A stretch of 64,000 bases of DNA from assembly GCA_963514005.1 (NCBI GenBank), contig OY740810.1, positions 24,056,001-24,120,000 of the forward strand, in the 5' to 3' direction. The notes under the pieces were generated by a model, which did no database searches, was not told the DNA's origin, and worked only from the letters and a program-made list of their open reading frames with translations. Below, in pieces: positions 1-13,200 of this stretch (its first letter is position 1; every line of letters begins with the position of its first letter). Position numbers and translations under genes: made by a program. The stretch is from Raja brachyura (lineage: Eukaryota).

Positions 1-941
1 TCCTTTCCAGCCGAAGAGTTCATGTCAGAGTCAGCAGGCGGCATGACTAGTATCTGCAGGTCAGGGAGTCCATGACTCTGGAGATATGTCTTGCTGATTT
101 CCACAACATATATTTATATTACATGCTTAAAATATATAATTTAGAAACAAATTTACAATCTTTATGATAAATGTGGAGATATGAAAAATATCACCGCGGT
201 TCCCAGACTAGGTATGGTATAAAACCTGTTGCAATCTTTTTAAAAGATAATGGAGTTTATATTTACAGTCATATAGTTGTACACTGCAACGTTGCACTTT
301 GTTAAACATATTAATACTACAGGAATAATTCACTACACTAATCGCACTGCTGTTAAGTGCTTAGTTAAGCCTCTTAGAAACGTGTTATGTAAAAGGTGCG
401 CAGAACAGCAGTTACTTGACAGCAGAGACAATGGAACTGTTCCTCAGAAATGCAGCTTTTCTAGCAGGTTTCCAAGTGTCATGGAGCGTGCTGGGGAAGC
501 TGGCTTTCCGTTCGCTGAGTTAGGACACACTTTCAACCACTGAATCCTATTACCTGGTAGCTTTGTACAATTCTCCCTTCTTGTAGACTTTTGACTGTGC
601 AAATTCCCTGCCGAGGACTCAGCCCTTACACACGTGTTAATCCAACACGCGTGCTGTTGATTACAATACCGGTACCAACATGCAGTGGGGAAGAGAGGCG
701 AAGAAAGATGTCAGCTCTTAGTAACGCCACGTCAAAGATTCAAAGGTTGAAGAGTTGTACCTTCAAAACTCACACGACTGAAGAAGAGTTTTGTCCCAGT
801 GGTGATCTTTACGTGCGGGCAGTGTCGCTGAAGGGGGAAATCTATGACATGGTCAACTTTCAGCCTGCATATCAAAATGGTAAGTAGGACTTTGACTGGA
901 GACAGGCACTTTACCATAGCAGCATGCCAGCCTTTTGCTAT
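1..941 (-). other. SBNO2: SBNO2 3' UTR (probably continues beyond the window start)
   Basis: Follows the TGA at 942-944. No recognisable repeats, and no canonical AATAAA seen on the minus strand within the window. Confidence 0.6.
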
Positions 942-1264
942 TCAGCCAGCTTCCCAGATATGTGAAGCTGGCCCAAACTGAATAACACTTTGTCGATCTT
1001 GACTTGGCATTTGTTCCCCATATTGATCGTAATCATACCCTAACAACTCCTGTAAAACACTGACAGGGTCAAAAGTATCTGATAAATTCTGAACATTGGT
1101 GTGAAACGATTGTGCCATGGGTAAACTGGCTGGAGGGTTGCTCTGACACATCTGCAGTACCTGGTTTGCCAGTCGGTTCTCCTCCTGTTTTTTCTTTACT
1201 GCAAAATCCATTTTCTTTAGTTCTTCAACGACATTAAAGACACAGGCTTCAGGAATCTTTATTC
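942..1264 (-). CDS. SBNO2: SBNO2 last coding exon (GIKIPEACV...[17 protein letters not shown])
   Basis: Acceptor tttccag|GA, phase 1, stop TGA at 942-944. Confidence 0.92.
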
Positions 1265-4200
1265 CTGGAAAGAAAATTGCCAGAAAGAGAGTTTGCCCAG
1301 ATTAGTGAACTACAATCATGGCAGAAGTTAATTCCTTTATCAGAAGATGAAGTTCTTAACTGGTAATTTATAATAATACAGTTTCCATTCCCATATGATG
1401 TAAATGTGGTTGCTTGATACTTTTCATGTATGTGGCTTTAAGTCATATACAATCTTAAGGTTGATTACATCTCCACAAACGATTTAAGACTGCGGGAGTA
1501 GCATTCTGATTCCTAAGTGTTCAATTATAACAAGTATCTGCAGATGCTGGTTTACAAAAAAAATACATAAAGTGTTGGAGTAACTCATTGGGTCAGATAG
1601 CATCTTTGGAGGACCTGGATAGGTGACAATGCGAGTCATGACCCTGCATGAAGCAAAACTTCAAGGGTACTGACCTGAAATGTCACCTATTCATGTCCTC
1701 CAGAGATGCTGTCTCAATTAGAGCATGTTCGCTGTGGCAGGATAAGAAGTGTGTAATTCTCTACCCAAGTGCAATAATGGATTATCAGCATGAAGCCATG
1801 AGCTCAAATTTGAGGGCCAGGACAGAGAAAATTCAGGCAATTGCCAAATGATTCACTGCCGTTCATCAACAAAATGAATGTGGGTGTAATATGTGGCCAC
1901 AGAAGAGGCTTGACAAGTGCCTTGTTGGGAAAGCCAAGACTGGCAAATAAAAATATTTCAACATCGTCATCCACCAGATTCAGGGACAGTTTATTCCCAG
2001 CTGTTATCAGGTAACTGAATCATCCTACCATAACCAGAAAGCAGTGCTGAACTACTATCTACCTCTTTGATGTCCCTCGGACTATCCTTGACCAGATATT
2101 GCTTGCATTTCCTAGCACTAAACGTTATTCCCTTATCATGTATCTAGACACAGTAAATGGATTGATTGCAATCATGTATTGTCTTTCTGCTGACTGGTTA
2201 GCACGCAACAAAAAGCTTTTCACTGTACCTCGGTACATGCGACAATAAACTAACCTAAAAACATCCAACAATAAAACTGAAAATCAAAAAATTTGCAAAT
2301 AATGAAAAAATAAAATAAAATCCGAAAATGCTGGGAATAGTCAGCAGGTTCACAATGTGGGAAGTGAAACAGAGTTGCAGGTCTAAAGATTCTTTATCAG
2401 AAGTGGTTAACCGTTAAGCTGCAAAGATTGGAGCCCTCTGAACTTTTAATCCGACTCTGTCGGACTTCAATGTTATATCTTTGCACTAAATGTTGTACCC
2501 TTTATCCTTTGTATTTGCACTGTGGGCAGCTTGATTGTATTCATCTATAGTATTTTTTTAACTGGATAGCACGCAAGCAGAAGCTTTTCAATGTATCTCG
2601 GTACACGTGGCAATCATAAACAACCAAACAAGCCCAATGTCTACAGGGAGCTGAAACCCCATTGGGTAGGAGGTGTCTAATTGCTGGGGGCTGCTCAGAA
2701 GGTGATTTGTCTTGGATGCCAAGAGGCCAGGAAGGGGAAGACCTTCAGCTATTTGCTGCTGGGTGTTAGTGCCTGCCCTCACCAGAGGAAAGGCTGAATC
2801 TTGCCAGATCAAGTTCTGGGCCCCTTCTCATAGACGGGGTATAGACTCGGTTTATTTAAATAATTTGCTGCAAATTATCAAATTATGTTAAAGAAAATTG
2901 TAATTCCTAATGAAAACTTTAAAATGTGTGACATTTGGAAATGAATTAACTGAGTTAGTGTTTCAGATTCAAGACACTGGAAACATTCTGTCTGTAATAC
3001 GGAGTATAGAGAAAAAAACTATAATCTTAGAAGGCTTCAGTTTAAATGTGGCTGCTGCATGATAATCCAAATCCTTAACCCTTTTGTATAATGCTTTTTG
3101 AAACTGATTACAAAACCTGTCAGTCTATTTTAAGTGAGGCAAAATGAAGGGATATCACACCAATAGCTAAAGTAGATGTGGTTTATACTGCGCATCATGA
3201 ATTGTAAATTGCAGTTTTAATCTTCCACGACAAACACAATGTTCATTACAAAGGATTAGCTTTGTTCTTGAGTTTATCACCTATTACAGATATGCAGTGT
3301 ATAATGTTTACTGACAGACAAAATCACTGACTTCAATTACACCAAGTTCACTTTAAAAAAAAAATCACTGTAAATGCTTGGCATGCACTAAAGTCATAAT
3401 TTTAGTAGATTTTAAATTTCATCAACATCTTGGACCAGAATAAAGATAATAATGCATTGAGAACATGCACAATAAAACCTGATGTCAATTTATTACAATA
3501 AAATAAGATTTAGCTCTTAGGGCTAAGGAAATCAAGGGCTATGGGTGGAAAACCAGAACGGGGTACTGATTTTGAAAAGCAGAACGGGGTACTGATTCAA
3601 TATGACCAGCCATGATCATATTGAATGGCGGTGCTGGCTCGAAGGGCTGAATGACCTACTCCTGCACCTACTTTCTATGTTTCTATGAACAGCAAAAATT
3701 ATGATTAACTGCTCCACCTAGGGGCAAGTTGAAAGAACAATTTTCTCCACTGAGCATCCGTTACAACTATATATGACTGAGAAAAATAAAACTTTTACTT
3801 ACCAACTTGCTTTTTCTGCTCCTTGGTTTTGAGACGCACAATTTGTAAGTGACTGGAACTCGTAACTTCGGACATAATGTTTCCCACTTTGTTCCAAACC
3901 CGTAATAAAGCTCCACACAACATGTAGTAATGACGCAGCCGCATGCCTTGAAAACACTCCTTCCCCTGTTGCACGATCTTACACTTCCCATTCCTGGAAA
4001 ATATATGGGGACACGTGAATACTTACTTCAGTCCTGCGCTTTTCTTGCATTTGCCTTCCCATTCTGTAGTTTTCAAGAGCCATTACAATACTCATAACCC
4101 ACCCCAAACTGCGAGCCATTTCAAGGGCACGTAAACTGGGCTGAGGATCTTGCACTGCCACAAGAGCCGACTTGAAAACTATGACATTTCTATATGCTGT

Positions 4201-7200
4201 ATTTTAACTGATTAAATTAATTTATAACTTAGCTAAAATTAAAAAAAGACCTGAAAAGACACCTCCATGTTCTGATGTTGAACACAACATTGTGTTCCTG
4301 TACATCCATCAGATCTATAAGATGAGTTCAAATGGAATGGCAATAGCAGCATAGAGAGTAGTGAGGTGGTTTCATTTCCAGATAATCATAGACAGGCAAA
4401 GTTTAGTTTAGTTTTTAGTTTAGTTTAGTTATACAATGCGAAAGAGAGCTCTTCGGCCCACCGAGTCCGCGCCGACCACCGATCCTAAAGCTACTCACAT
4501 CCAGAGTAAAGATGTCATAACTATGGGGTTAGTCGTCATAACTCCAGCCACTATAATTCAATTCAGCCCCTTTTGATTTGCTTATTATACAGGTAAATTT
4601 TAAATTAGTGGGAAAATAGATTGCTACTTAGAGTCAACATCATCCAATAAAATGAATGTCAACATTCATTTAAAAAAAAAGGAAAATTAAAGAAATAAAG
4701 GAACAAATACAACAATGAAAAGTTGCAACTTTGCAGCATATAAACATCAACAACCCTTTCCGACAGGGTATATCTGGAAGATTGATGATGGGTTAAAATA
4801 TCCTACAAGGCAGCAATTTGTTTATGGTGATTTGGTTTTCCAAAGCTAGATGTGCCTTTGCTAAAAGCTCAGACAACGTCAATGAGACACTCTAATTTTA
4901 GACATAAGGCATAGGAGCAGAATTAAAGCCCTGTCCCATGGTACGAGTTCATTCCAAGAGCTCTCCCGAGTTTGCCCTGATTTGAACTCGGAGATTTATG
5001 GCAATGGCCACTCGTCGGTCCTTGGGACTCTCGTGGACATTTTTCAACGTGTTAAAAGATCTTCACGAGTCTTCCTGTGCTTACCTGCCGTTAGCGAGTC
5101 TTCCCGAGTACCTGCCGTTAGCGTTACTAGCCGCTAAGAGACATCCCCGCGCTCTGACGTACCCGCTACGTTCATTCTCCGCGCTTACCACGAGTTTGAT
5201 TTTTTTTAAACTCGGGAGAGCTCGTGGAATGAACTCATACCGTGGGACAGGGCTTTCAGGCATTCGGCCCCACAAGTCGGCTCCGCCATTTGATCATGGC
5301 TGACCTATTTTTCCTTTTCAACCCCATTTTTCTGCCTTCTCCCCGCAATCTTTGATGCCCTTACTAATTAAGAACCCATCAATCTCTGCTTTAAAAAACA
5401 CCAATTGACTTGGCCTCTGGTGCCATTTGTGGGAATGAATTCCACAGATTTGCCACTCCCTGGAAATTCCTCCTCAAAGATTTATAAATCTGTACCACTG
5501 TCCCACTACAAATAGGAAATGTCAACAAAACACATCTACAATGTATTTAAAACAATCTTTTACAAAAATTAAAATTGTTTCACATGTAAAGAACAGTGCC
5601 AATGTTCTTTACAGAATTCCATTCTTGCACACTATAAGTTCTAGTTATTTTTAAAAGACTCTATTGTTGTAATGTAACATATCACCATGATATGCATCTC
5701 AAAATATTTGTTCCACTCAAGAGTTTTACCAATCAGCTATATTAAGCTTCAGAGGGATTCTTATACAAGGGAAATAAATCACTGAAGTCATTCAGTGACA
5801 AAGTCTTACCAAGCTGCATGGCTGCATTTCTGGAAAGCAAAATTATACAGGTTTCCCCAACATTCTTTGGCCTCTTCTGGTTTGACCTTTAATAGACAAA
5901 AAAAAATCAATAAATACCAATAAATAAATGTTATCTTCTCTTCCAGTGTAAGGAGCACCCCACTCTTATGATTAGAAAGGACTGATTCCATTCTATCAAC
6001 CTTGGTGTTGGAGATGCCATTTCAGTCCACCAGTCAGCCTGGCATACGTTACTGTATCAGTCAGTCTTGTTGTTTCAAAGCAAGACATACATTCTGGGAC
6101 TGTGTGTATTGCAGTCAGACTTGCTGGTTGTACAAAGAGTGGGTGAGGGTTAGCTAGCTATAAGGACACAAAACGCCTGCAAGGAAATGCAGATCTCTAA
6201 GTGAGTGGACAAGAAGTTTTAAAGTGGAATATACAGTGGGAAATGAGAGGTTAAGGAAAAATCAAAAGGCAAATTATTATTTAATCAGTGGGACTATAAA
6301 AAGTCGCAGTACAAACAGATCATGAGGTCTATGAGGGGGGTCCTTGCACAGAAAATACAGAATGTTAGCATGCACGTACACTAAGTAATGAGGAAGGTTC
6401 AATGGTCTTCATTGTTTTGTGTTTGTAATCATCACACCAGAATTGAGGCGGCACAGTGGCGCAGCGGTAGAGTTGCTGCCTTTCAGCACCAGAGACCCGG
6501 GTTCGATCCTGACTACGGGTGTTGTCTGTATGCAGTTTGTCCGTTTTTCCTGTGACCACATGGGTTTTCTCTGGTGCTCTGTTTCCCTCCCACATTCCAA
6601 AGACATGCCGTTTTGTAGGTTAATTGGAGGCGTCTGCAAATTGTCTCTAATACGTAGGATCAAACATAATATATGTGTGATCGCTGGTCGGCAGGGAATT
6701 GCTGACCCTGTTTCCATGTTGCATCTCTAAACTAATATAAATTGTCATTATAATACTTACTCGTTTGTATTTCCTTCGCAAGTTATCAAAACTTTCTGGT
6801 TGTATTTGTTTTCCAATATTTGGTTTGTACAACACATAATTCTTCACAGTAACTTGCTCAGCCAAAAGTGCAAAAGGCTCATTCCCTCTAAGCTGTAACA
6901 GAAAAGCAATTGGTAAGAAGGAAGTTCCAAGGTAGTATGTTTGAAGAATCAGAAATGCAACACATTTTACTTGATAAAAATGCTTTGAAATACATCTCAA
7001 CACAATCATGTCATTTGCTCTTCCATACTTTCTGGACAGTGAACACGCTAACCAATATTTTTTGAAGAAATATGGGAAAGTCACCCACAACAAGACACTG
7101 GAAATAACGTTTTGCTTCAGTGAGTTCAATGGTCAGCATTGCCACAATCAGGCATCTTAGTAACTCCATTGCCAATATTGTGGGAATTGGTGAAGGCAAG

Positions 7201-10200
7201 AAGAGAGCAGGATGGAATTAGATGGAAGATATTGCTAACCCATCCAGCCCCAACAGATCTCATGAATTTGCAGCATGTAGAATGGTGCCATGAATTAATG
7301 GTTCCAGTCCTATCCTCTGACTAGTTTGTAGCCACAGTATTCTATTGTTTGCAGGAAGTGCTTAAAAAAAATAATATTATCCAATTTTGGGGATTGACAA
7401 GTCAGCATTTATTACCCATCACTTCCCATGAGAATATGGAGGTTTGTTTCCTTCTCCAGTCATTGCTGATCCTCTAGCGTGGATATTCACAGCAGCGCTG
7501 TTGGAGAGGCAATTCCAAGATTTGCACCAGTAACGCTGAAGAACCAACAATATAGTTCCAAATCAGGATGTTGTGCATCATGATGGTGTGACTGCAGGTC
7601 ATGGTGTTCCCATGTGCTGGAGAACCTTGTTTAGTATAGTCAGGGTAGCCTTGGTTAGCATTGGCAGGGCGGTTTGTACATGATACATACTGCAGCCATT
7701 GAAAGCCAGCGACAGATGGAATTAATGTTTAAGGTAGTAGTTGGGTGTCAATCATATGGGCTGCTTTCTCCCACATAACGAGCTTCACACACCTGACTTG
7801 CACTTTGTGGACAATGGAGAGGCCGGCGTGTGTCACAAGGTGAATCGTTTGCTGCAGGATCTCCAGCCTGCTCTTGTGATCTTGAGATGGATATTCATGT
7901 GCCTGATCCAATTGAGTTGTTGGTTAATGACAATCCCAGGACACTGATGGTGGGGCACACTGCATGGTAATGCACCATGAAATGTCAAGGGATCATGGTT
8001 AGACTGTCTCTTGCCAGAAATGGTCAAAGTTAGAAACGTATGTGACATATGTATTAATTGCCACTTATAGGCCCGTGCCAGTACGTTCTCCAGGTCTTGC
8101 TTTGTGCAGGACTGGATTGTCTCATTGCGTAATCATCAATGAATATTCCCACTGCTGAACTTATAATGAAAGGATGAAACCACTGAAAATGGTTAGGCCT
8201 AGAACAGCCCCCAAAGAGCTATTGCAATGATGCCTGGGGAGTGAGATGATTGAATTCCAACAATGACAACCACTGCGTGAGGTACGACTCCAACCACTGG
8301 AGTGTTTGCTCTGTGACGGCCTTCCACTTCCCTTTTAGCAGAGTGTCTTGAAGCTATCCTCAGTCAAATGGTACCCAGTCTCGGAGGCAATTATCCTCAT
8401 CTCTGAAATTCACCTCTGTATTGATGCTATGATGAAGTCTGGTTCTCGTGAAACCCAAATGGGGCATCAGTGAGCTGGAAGAGCAGCGTGAGGGTCCTTT
8501 GATGTTACTATCATACACTATCTTTCATCATTTTGCTGATGATTGAGAGTAGCTTCTCTCAAATGAAGTCACTGAAATGACGGAATAAAGACTAAAACTT
8601 TGGCGGCCTCGCAGAAAGTGGACTTGATTTAAACAAACACTGAAAGGTCATTTAAAAAAATAAAAAATAATCTTGCAGTAAAAGAGTGTGTTTTAAATAC
8701 AAGGTAGCTGAGTTGACCTGTTCTGTACTCTGCCACACAGAATCTATGCTTCAGATAGAAATCTCATCTCAGCACCTGTAACTCACTTGGCTGAAAGCTT
8801 TAGTTACATGGCACAAGGTAATGAAGGGACAAAATATGCTACTCACCTTGTGTGAAATGTAAAAGCCATCATTGTCTCCAGTCAGGGTGAGTGACTTCTG
8901 ATAAGCCTCTTCCCAGGGCATGCCTCGATCCACACTTATCTGCATAAAACAAAATCAATTAACTGCAATTGATAGCGAGGAAGGCATTTAAAGTATACAG
9001 CGGGATATAATCAGCTACAGAAATGGGTGGAGAAGGCAGATGGAGGTTAATCTGAAAATTATGAGGTGTCGCACTTTGGCAGGTCAAATGTAAGGAGAGA
9101 ATCTATAGTTAATGGCAAGATCTTTAACTGCATGGATATACAGAGGGATCTTGGGCTCTAAATCCACATTTCCCTGAAAGTGACCAACACAATTAGATAG
9201 AGTGTTGTATGGTATGCTTGTCGTCATCGCTTGGGCATTGAGTATAAGAGTCAGTAAGTTATGTTCCAGCTTTATTGGACTTTGGTTATATCAATTTGGA
9301 GTGCTGTTTGCGGTTCTGGTCATCCCATTACAGGAAGCATGCGGAGGAGGCATTGGAGAAGATGCAGAAAAGATTTACCACTGGAAATGTTGTGAGAGGG
9401 AAATGAATGAAACGTGCATGACGATGAGAGATCGTAAGTGTAGAGGCCGGTTCCTCTGGTGGGAGAATGTAGAATTGTGTAATAAGGCATTGCCAATTTC
9501 AGACAAAGATACGGAAAATCTGAGTCTGTAAATCCTCAAAAAAGCAACAAAAAGCAGAGTCTTTACATATTTAAGGGTGGTGGAAGATAGAATCTTGATA
9601 AGCAAAAGGTGAAACGTTACTTTTTCAGATAAATTACTTAAATAACTTAAAGCCTGAACTGTTACGTTGTCCACTGATGTTTCCTGGCCGATGGAGCATT
9701 TCCATCTTTTTTTGCTTTCCCTCAGTTTTCAAGCATATGCAGGTCTGCACTTTTTGTTGGTGAAAAAAAAGTTCTACTCATTTAATTTATGGAACCATTT
9801 CAAGAATATTATTTGTTAAGAGCAATTGACCTTCAAATCTGAAAAATGGCTTGTGATTATATAATCAACAGAAGCATGATTTACCTTATAGAGCACCACT
9901 TGCCCATCCTGTGGATGCCCTGGTGTTAAGAATACTTCTTGCCGTTCTTCATATATCTCTTCCACTCCTGGAGCTAGATCTGATCAAATGGGGAACAAAT
10001 GCTCAATAAAAGTAGCCATGTGTATTCAATGCACTAAATTCAACATGTAAATCACAAGGAAAACGCATCAGCGCCCCCTATTTCCTTAGAAAATTGAGGG
10101 GGATCGGTATGTTGCCGAATTACATGGTACAGAGCATACTGATGGGTTGTATCACGGCCTATTTCGGTAGCTGGAATGCCCCAGAATGAAGGAGGCTGCA

Positions 10201-13200
10201 GAAATTGATGGACTTTGCCAGGTCCGTCATGGGTACTAACCTCCCCACCTTTAAAGGAATCTACAAGAGACACTTCCTCAAAAAGACAGCTAATATCATC
10301 AAAGGCATTCTCTGCTCACTCCAATCATTGGGAAGAAGGTACAGGAGCCTGAGATCCATGACCTTCAGGTTCAAGAACAGCTTCTTCTCAGCAGCCACCA
10401 GGCATTTGAACACCACAACACCAACCATGATTAACTATAGATTTTACTTAGGTTGCACTACATACTTTGGTTTTGCATTATTATAATCTGCTTACTGTGT
10501 ATTACTAACTGTTGCTTTAGTGCATTACTGATTATTGGCATTGGCCAAGTGATTGGCCATTATTAAAGCGGAGATTGAGAGGTTCTTGAATTGTAAGGGT
10601 GTGGTTATGGGGAGATTACAGAATGAGATTGAGAAGGAAAGATAGATCAGCCATGATTGAATGACGGAGTAGATTCAATGGGCCAAATGGCCAAATTCTG
10701 CTCCTGTGACATATGAACTTGTTCATTTATTTGTGTGTTGTTGTGTGAATAGGCCTGTAAAGCTGCAGCAAGTAGAAATTTCATTATTCTGTTGTGGGTA
10801 CATTTGACAATCAAACACTCTGACTTTTGACTTGTCCTTAAGGTAATATAAAGAGCAACAAATCCTATCTAGTCTCCAAATATCTTATCCAAATGTTGAG
10901 AGTCTGTATTTATTTGTCTCTGTACTCCACAATTTGAGATTTGTAATAGAAAAAAAATCACATTTGATTAAAGTGCACACTGTCAAATTTTATTAAAGGC
11001 CATTTTTATACATTTTGGTTTAACCATGTAGAAATTACAGCTGTGTTTGGGACACATGGCTTCACAGGTGTTTGTAATTGCTCACGTGTGTTTAATTGCC
11101 ACCTTAATGCAGGTGTAAGCGAGCTCTCAGCACCTAGTCATTCCTCCAGCCTTTTCATCACATTTGGAAACTTTTATTGGTGTTTATCAACATGACCAAA
11201 GTTGTGCCAATGAAAGTCAAAGATGCCATTATGAGACTGAGAAACAAGAATAAAACTGTTAGAGACATCAGCCAACCCTTAGGCTTACCAAAATCAACTG
11301 TTTGGAACATCATTAAGAAGAAAGCTTACTAATCGCAAAGGGACTGACAGGGCAAGGAAGACCTCCACAGCTGATGACAGAGCAATTCTCTCCACAAAAA
11401 GAAAAATCCCAAAACACCCATCTGACAGATCAGAAACACTCTTCAGGAGTCAGGTGCGGATTTGTCAATGACCACTGTCCACAGAAGACTTCATGAACAA
11501 AAATACAGAGGCTACACTGCAAGATGCAAACCACTGGTTAGCCGCAAAAATAAGTTGGTCAGGTTACAGTTTGCCAAGAAGTACTTAAAAGAGCAACCAC
11601 AGTTCTGGAAAAAGGTCTTGTGGACAGATGAGGCGAAGATTAACTTATATCAGAGTGATGGCAAGAGCAAAGTATGGAGGAGAGAAGGAACTGCCCAAGT
11701 TCCAAAGCATACCACCTCATCTGTGAAACACGGTGGTGGGGGTGTTATGGCCTGGGCATGTATGGCTGCTGAATGTACTGGCTCACTTATCTTCATTGAT
11801 GATACATCTGCTGATGGTAGTAGCATAATGAATTCTGAAGTGTAAAGGACACATCCTCTCTGCTCAAGTTCAAACAAATGCCTCAAACCCATTGGCCGGC
11901 AGTTCATTCTACAGCAAAACAATGATCCCAAACATACTGCTAAAGCAACAAAGGAGTTTTTCAAAGTTACAAAATGGTCAATTCTTGAGTGGCCAAGTTA
12001 ATGACCCGATCTGAACACCCAGCAATGGGTGATGTCCATGAATCGCAGACTTCAAGCAGTCCTTGTATGCAAAGGATAAGCAACAAAATCCTAAACATGA
12101 CTACTTTCATTCACATGACATTGCTGTGTCCCAAACATTATGGTGCCCTGAAATGAGGGGACTATGCATAAACATTGTTGTAATTTCTACATGGTGAAAC
12201 CAAAATGTATAAAAATGGCCTTTATTAAAATCTGACAATGTGTACTTTAACCTCATGTGATTTTTTCTATTGCAAATCTCAAATTGTGGAGTACAGAGGC
12301 AAATAAATAAATGATGGGCCTTCATCCCGAACATTATGGAGGGTACTGTAGCTGAATGGCGAAGGCAAGAATAGAGACTGAAAAATTGGTCATGCCAAGT
12401 CAAGTCAAGTTTATTCGTCACAAAAACATGCGAGATGTGCAATGAAATGAAAAGTGGCAATGCTTGCGGATTGTGCAAAAAAACTACAAAACAGAATGGA
12501 ACAGAATAGCAGCATTGCCCCTGCTGGCTTGTCATCACTGAGTTTTTATGTTCCCAATATGGAAAGAATGGTTGGACCTAAACAGTTTTGGTTGCTTGTC
12601 GATGATTTTCTGTTATTCAGGTATTAAATGCAATGCATTCTATTTATATTGGTTAATTGTGATTGAATAAACCAGCAAACCCCTGTCGATTCGGAGTGGC
12701 GGCGCTGCTTGTCAGCTGCGGCTCACCTGCAGACCGTCTGTCTTTTATTTTATTTTTGTCCTCGTCCCTGTTTTTGGTGTTTATTTTTGGTTTGTTGGGT
12801 TGTGTATGTGTGTGTGTGTGTGTGGGGGGGGGGGAGGGTGGGAGAAACGGGGTTTTAGTCTCTCCCTTCGGGGGGATGCGACTTTTCCTGTCGTGTCCCC
12901 CGACACCGTCTCCGTCTGTGCTGAGGCCGTGGTGACGGCCTTCCAGCTTCCAGCGGCGGCGGCACGGCCTTCAGAGCTTCAGCGGCGACCTGGCTTCCGG
13001 CGGCGACCTGGGTTTCGGGAGCTGCGGTGCTCCAGCGGCGGCCTGGGTTTCGGGAACTGCGGTGCTCCAGCGGCGGCCTGGCTCCCTCTGAGCTGCGGTG
13101 CTCCAGCGGCGGCCTGGCTCCCTCTGAGCTGCAGTGCTCCAGCGGCGGCCTGGGATTCGGGAGCTGCGGTGCTCCAGCGGCGGCCTGGCTTTCGGGAGCT

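Noticed and set aside
277-917. Short ORFs in the SBNO2 3' UTR, and a 12-bp palindrome at 285-296
   Set aside because: No homology or splice structure; consistent with chance.
3979-4161. Possible extra exon ending at a perfect GAA|GTAAGT donor (4027)
   Set aside because: Only 33 nt from the next acceptor, too short for an intron, and the neighbouring exons already join in phase.
6445-6520. tRNA-like A and B boxes in the SINE heads
   Set aside because: These are the 5' parts of dispersed SINEs with LINE-derived tails, not tRNA genes.
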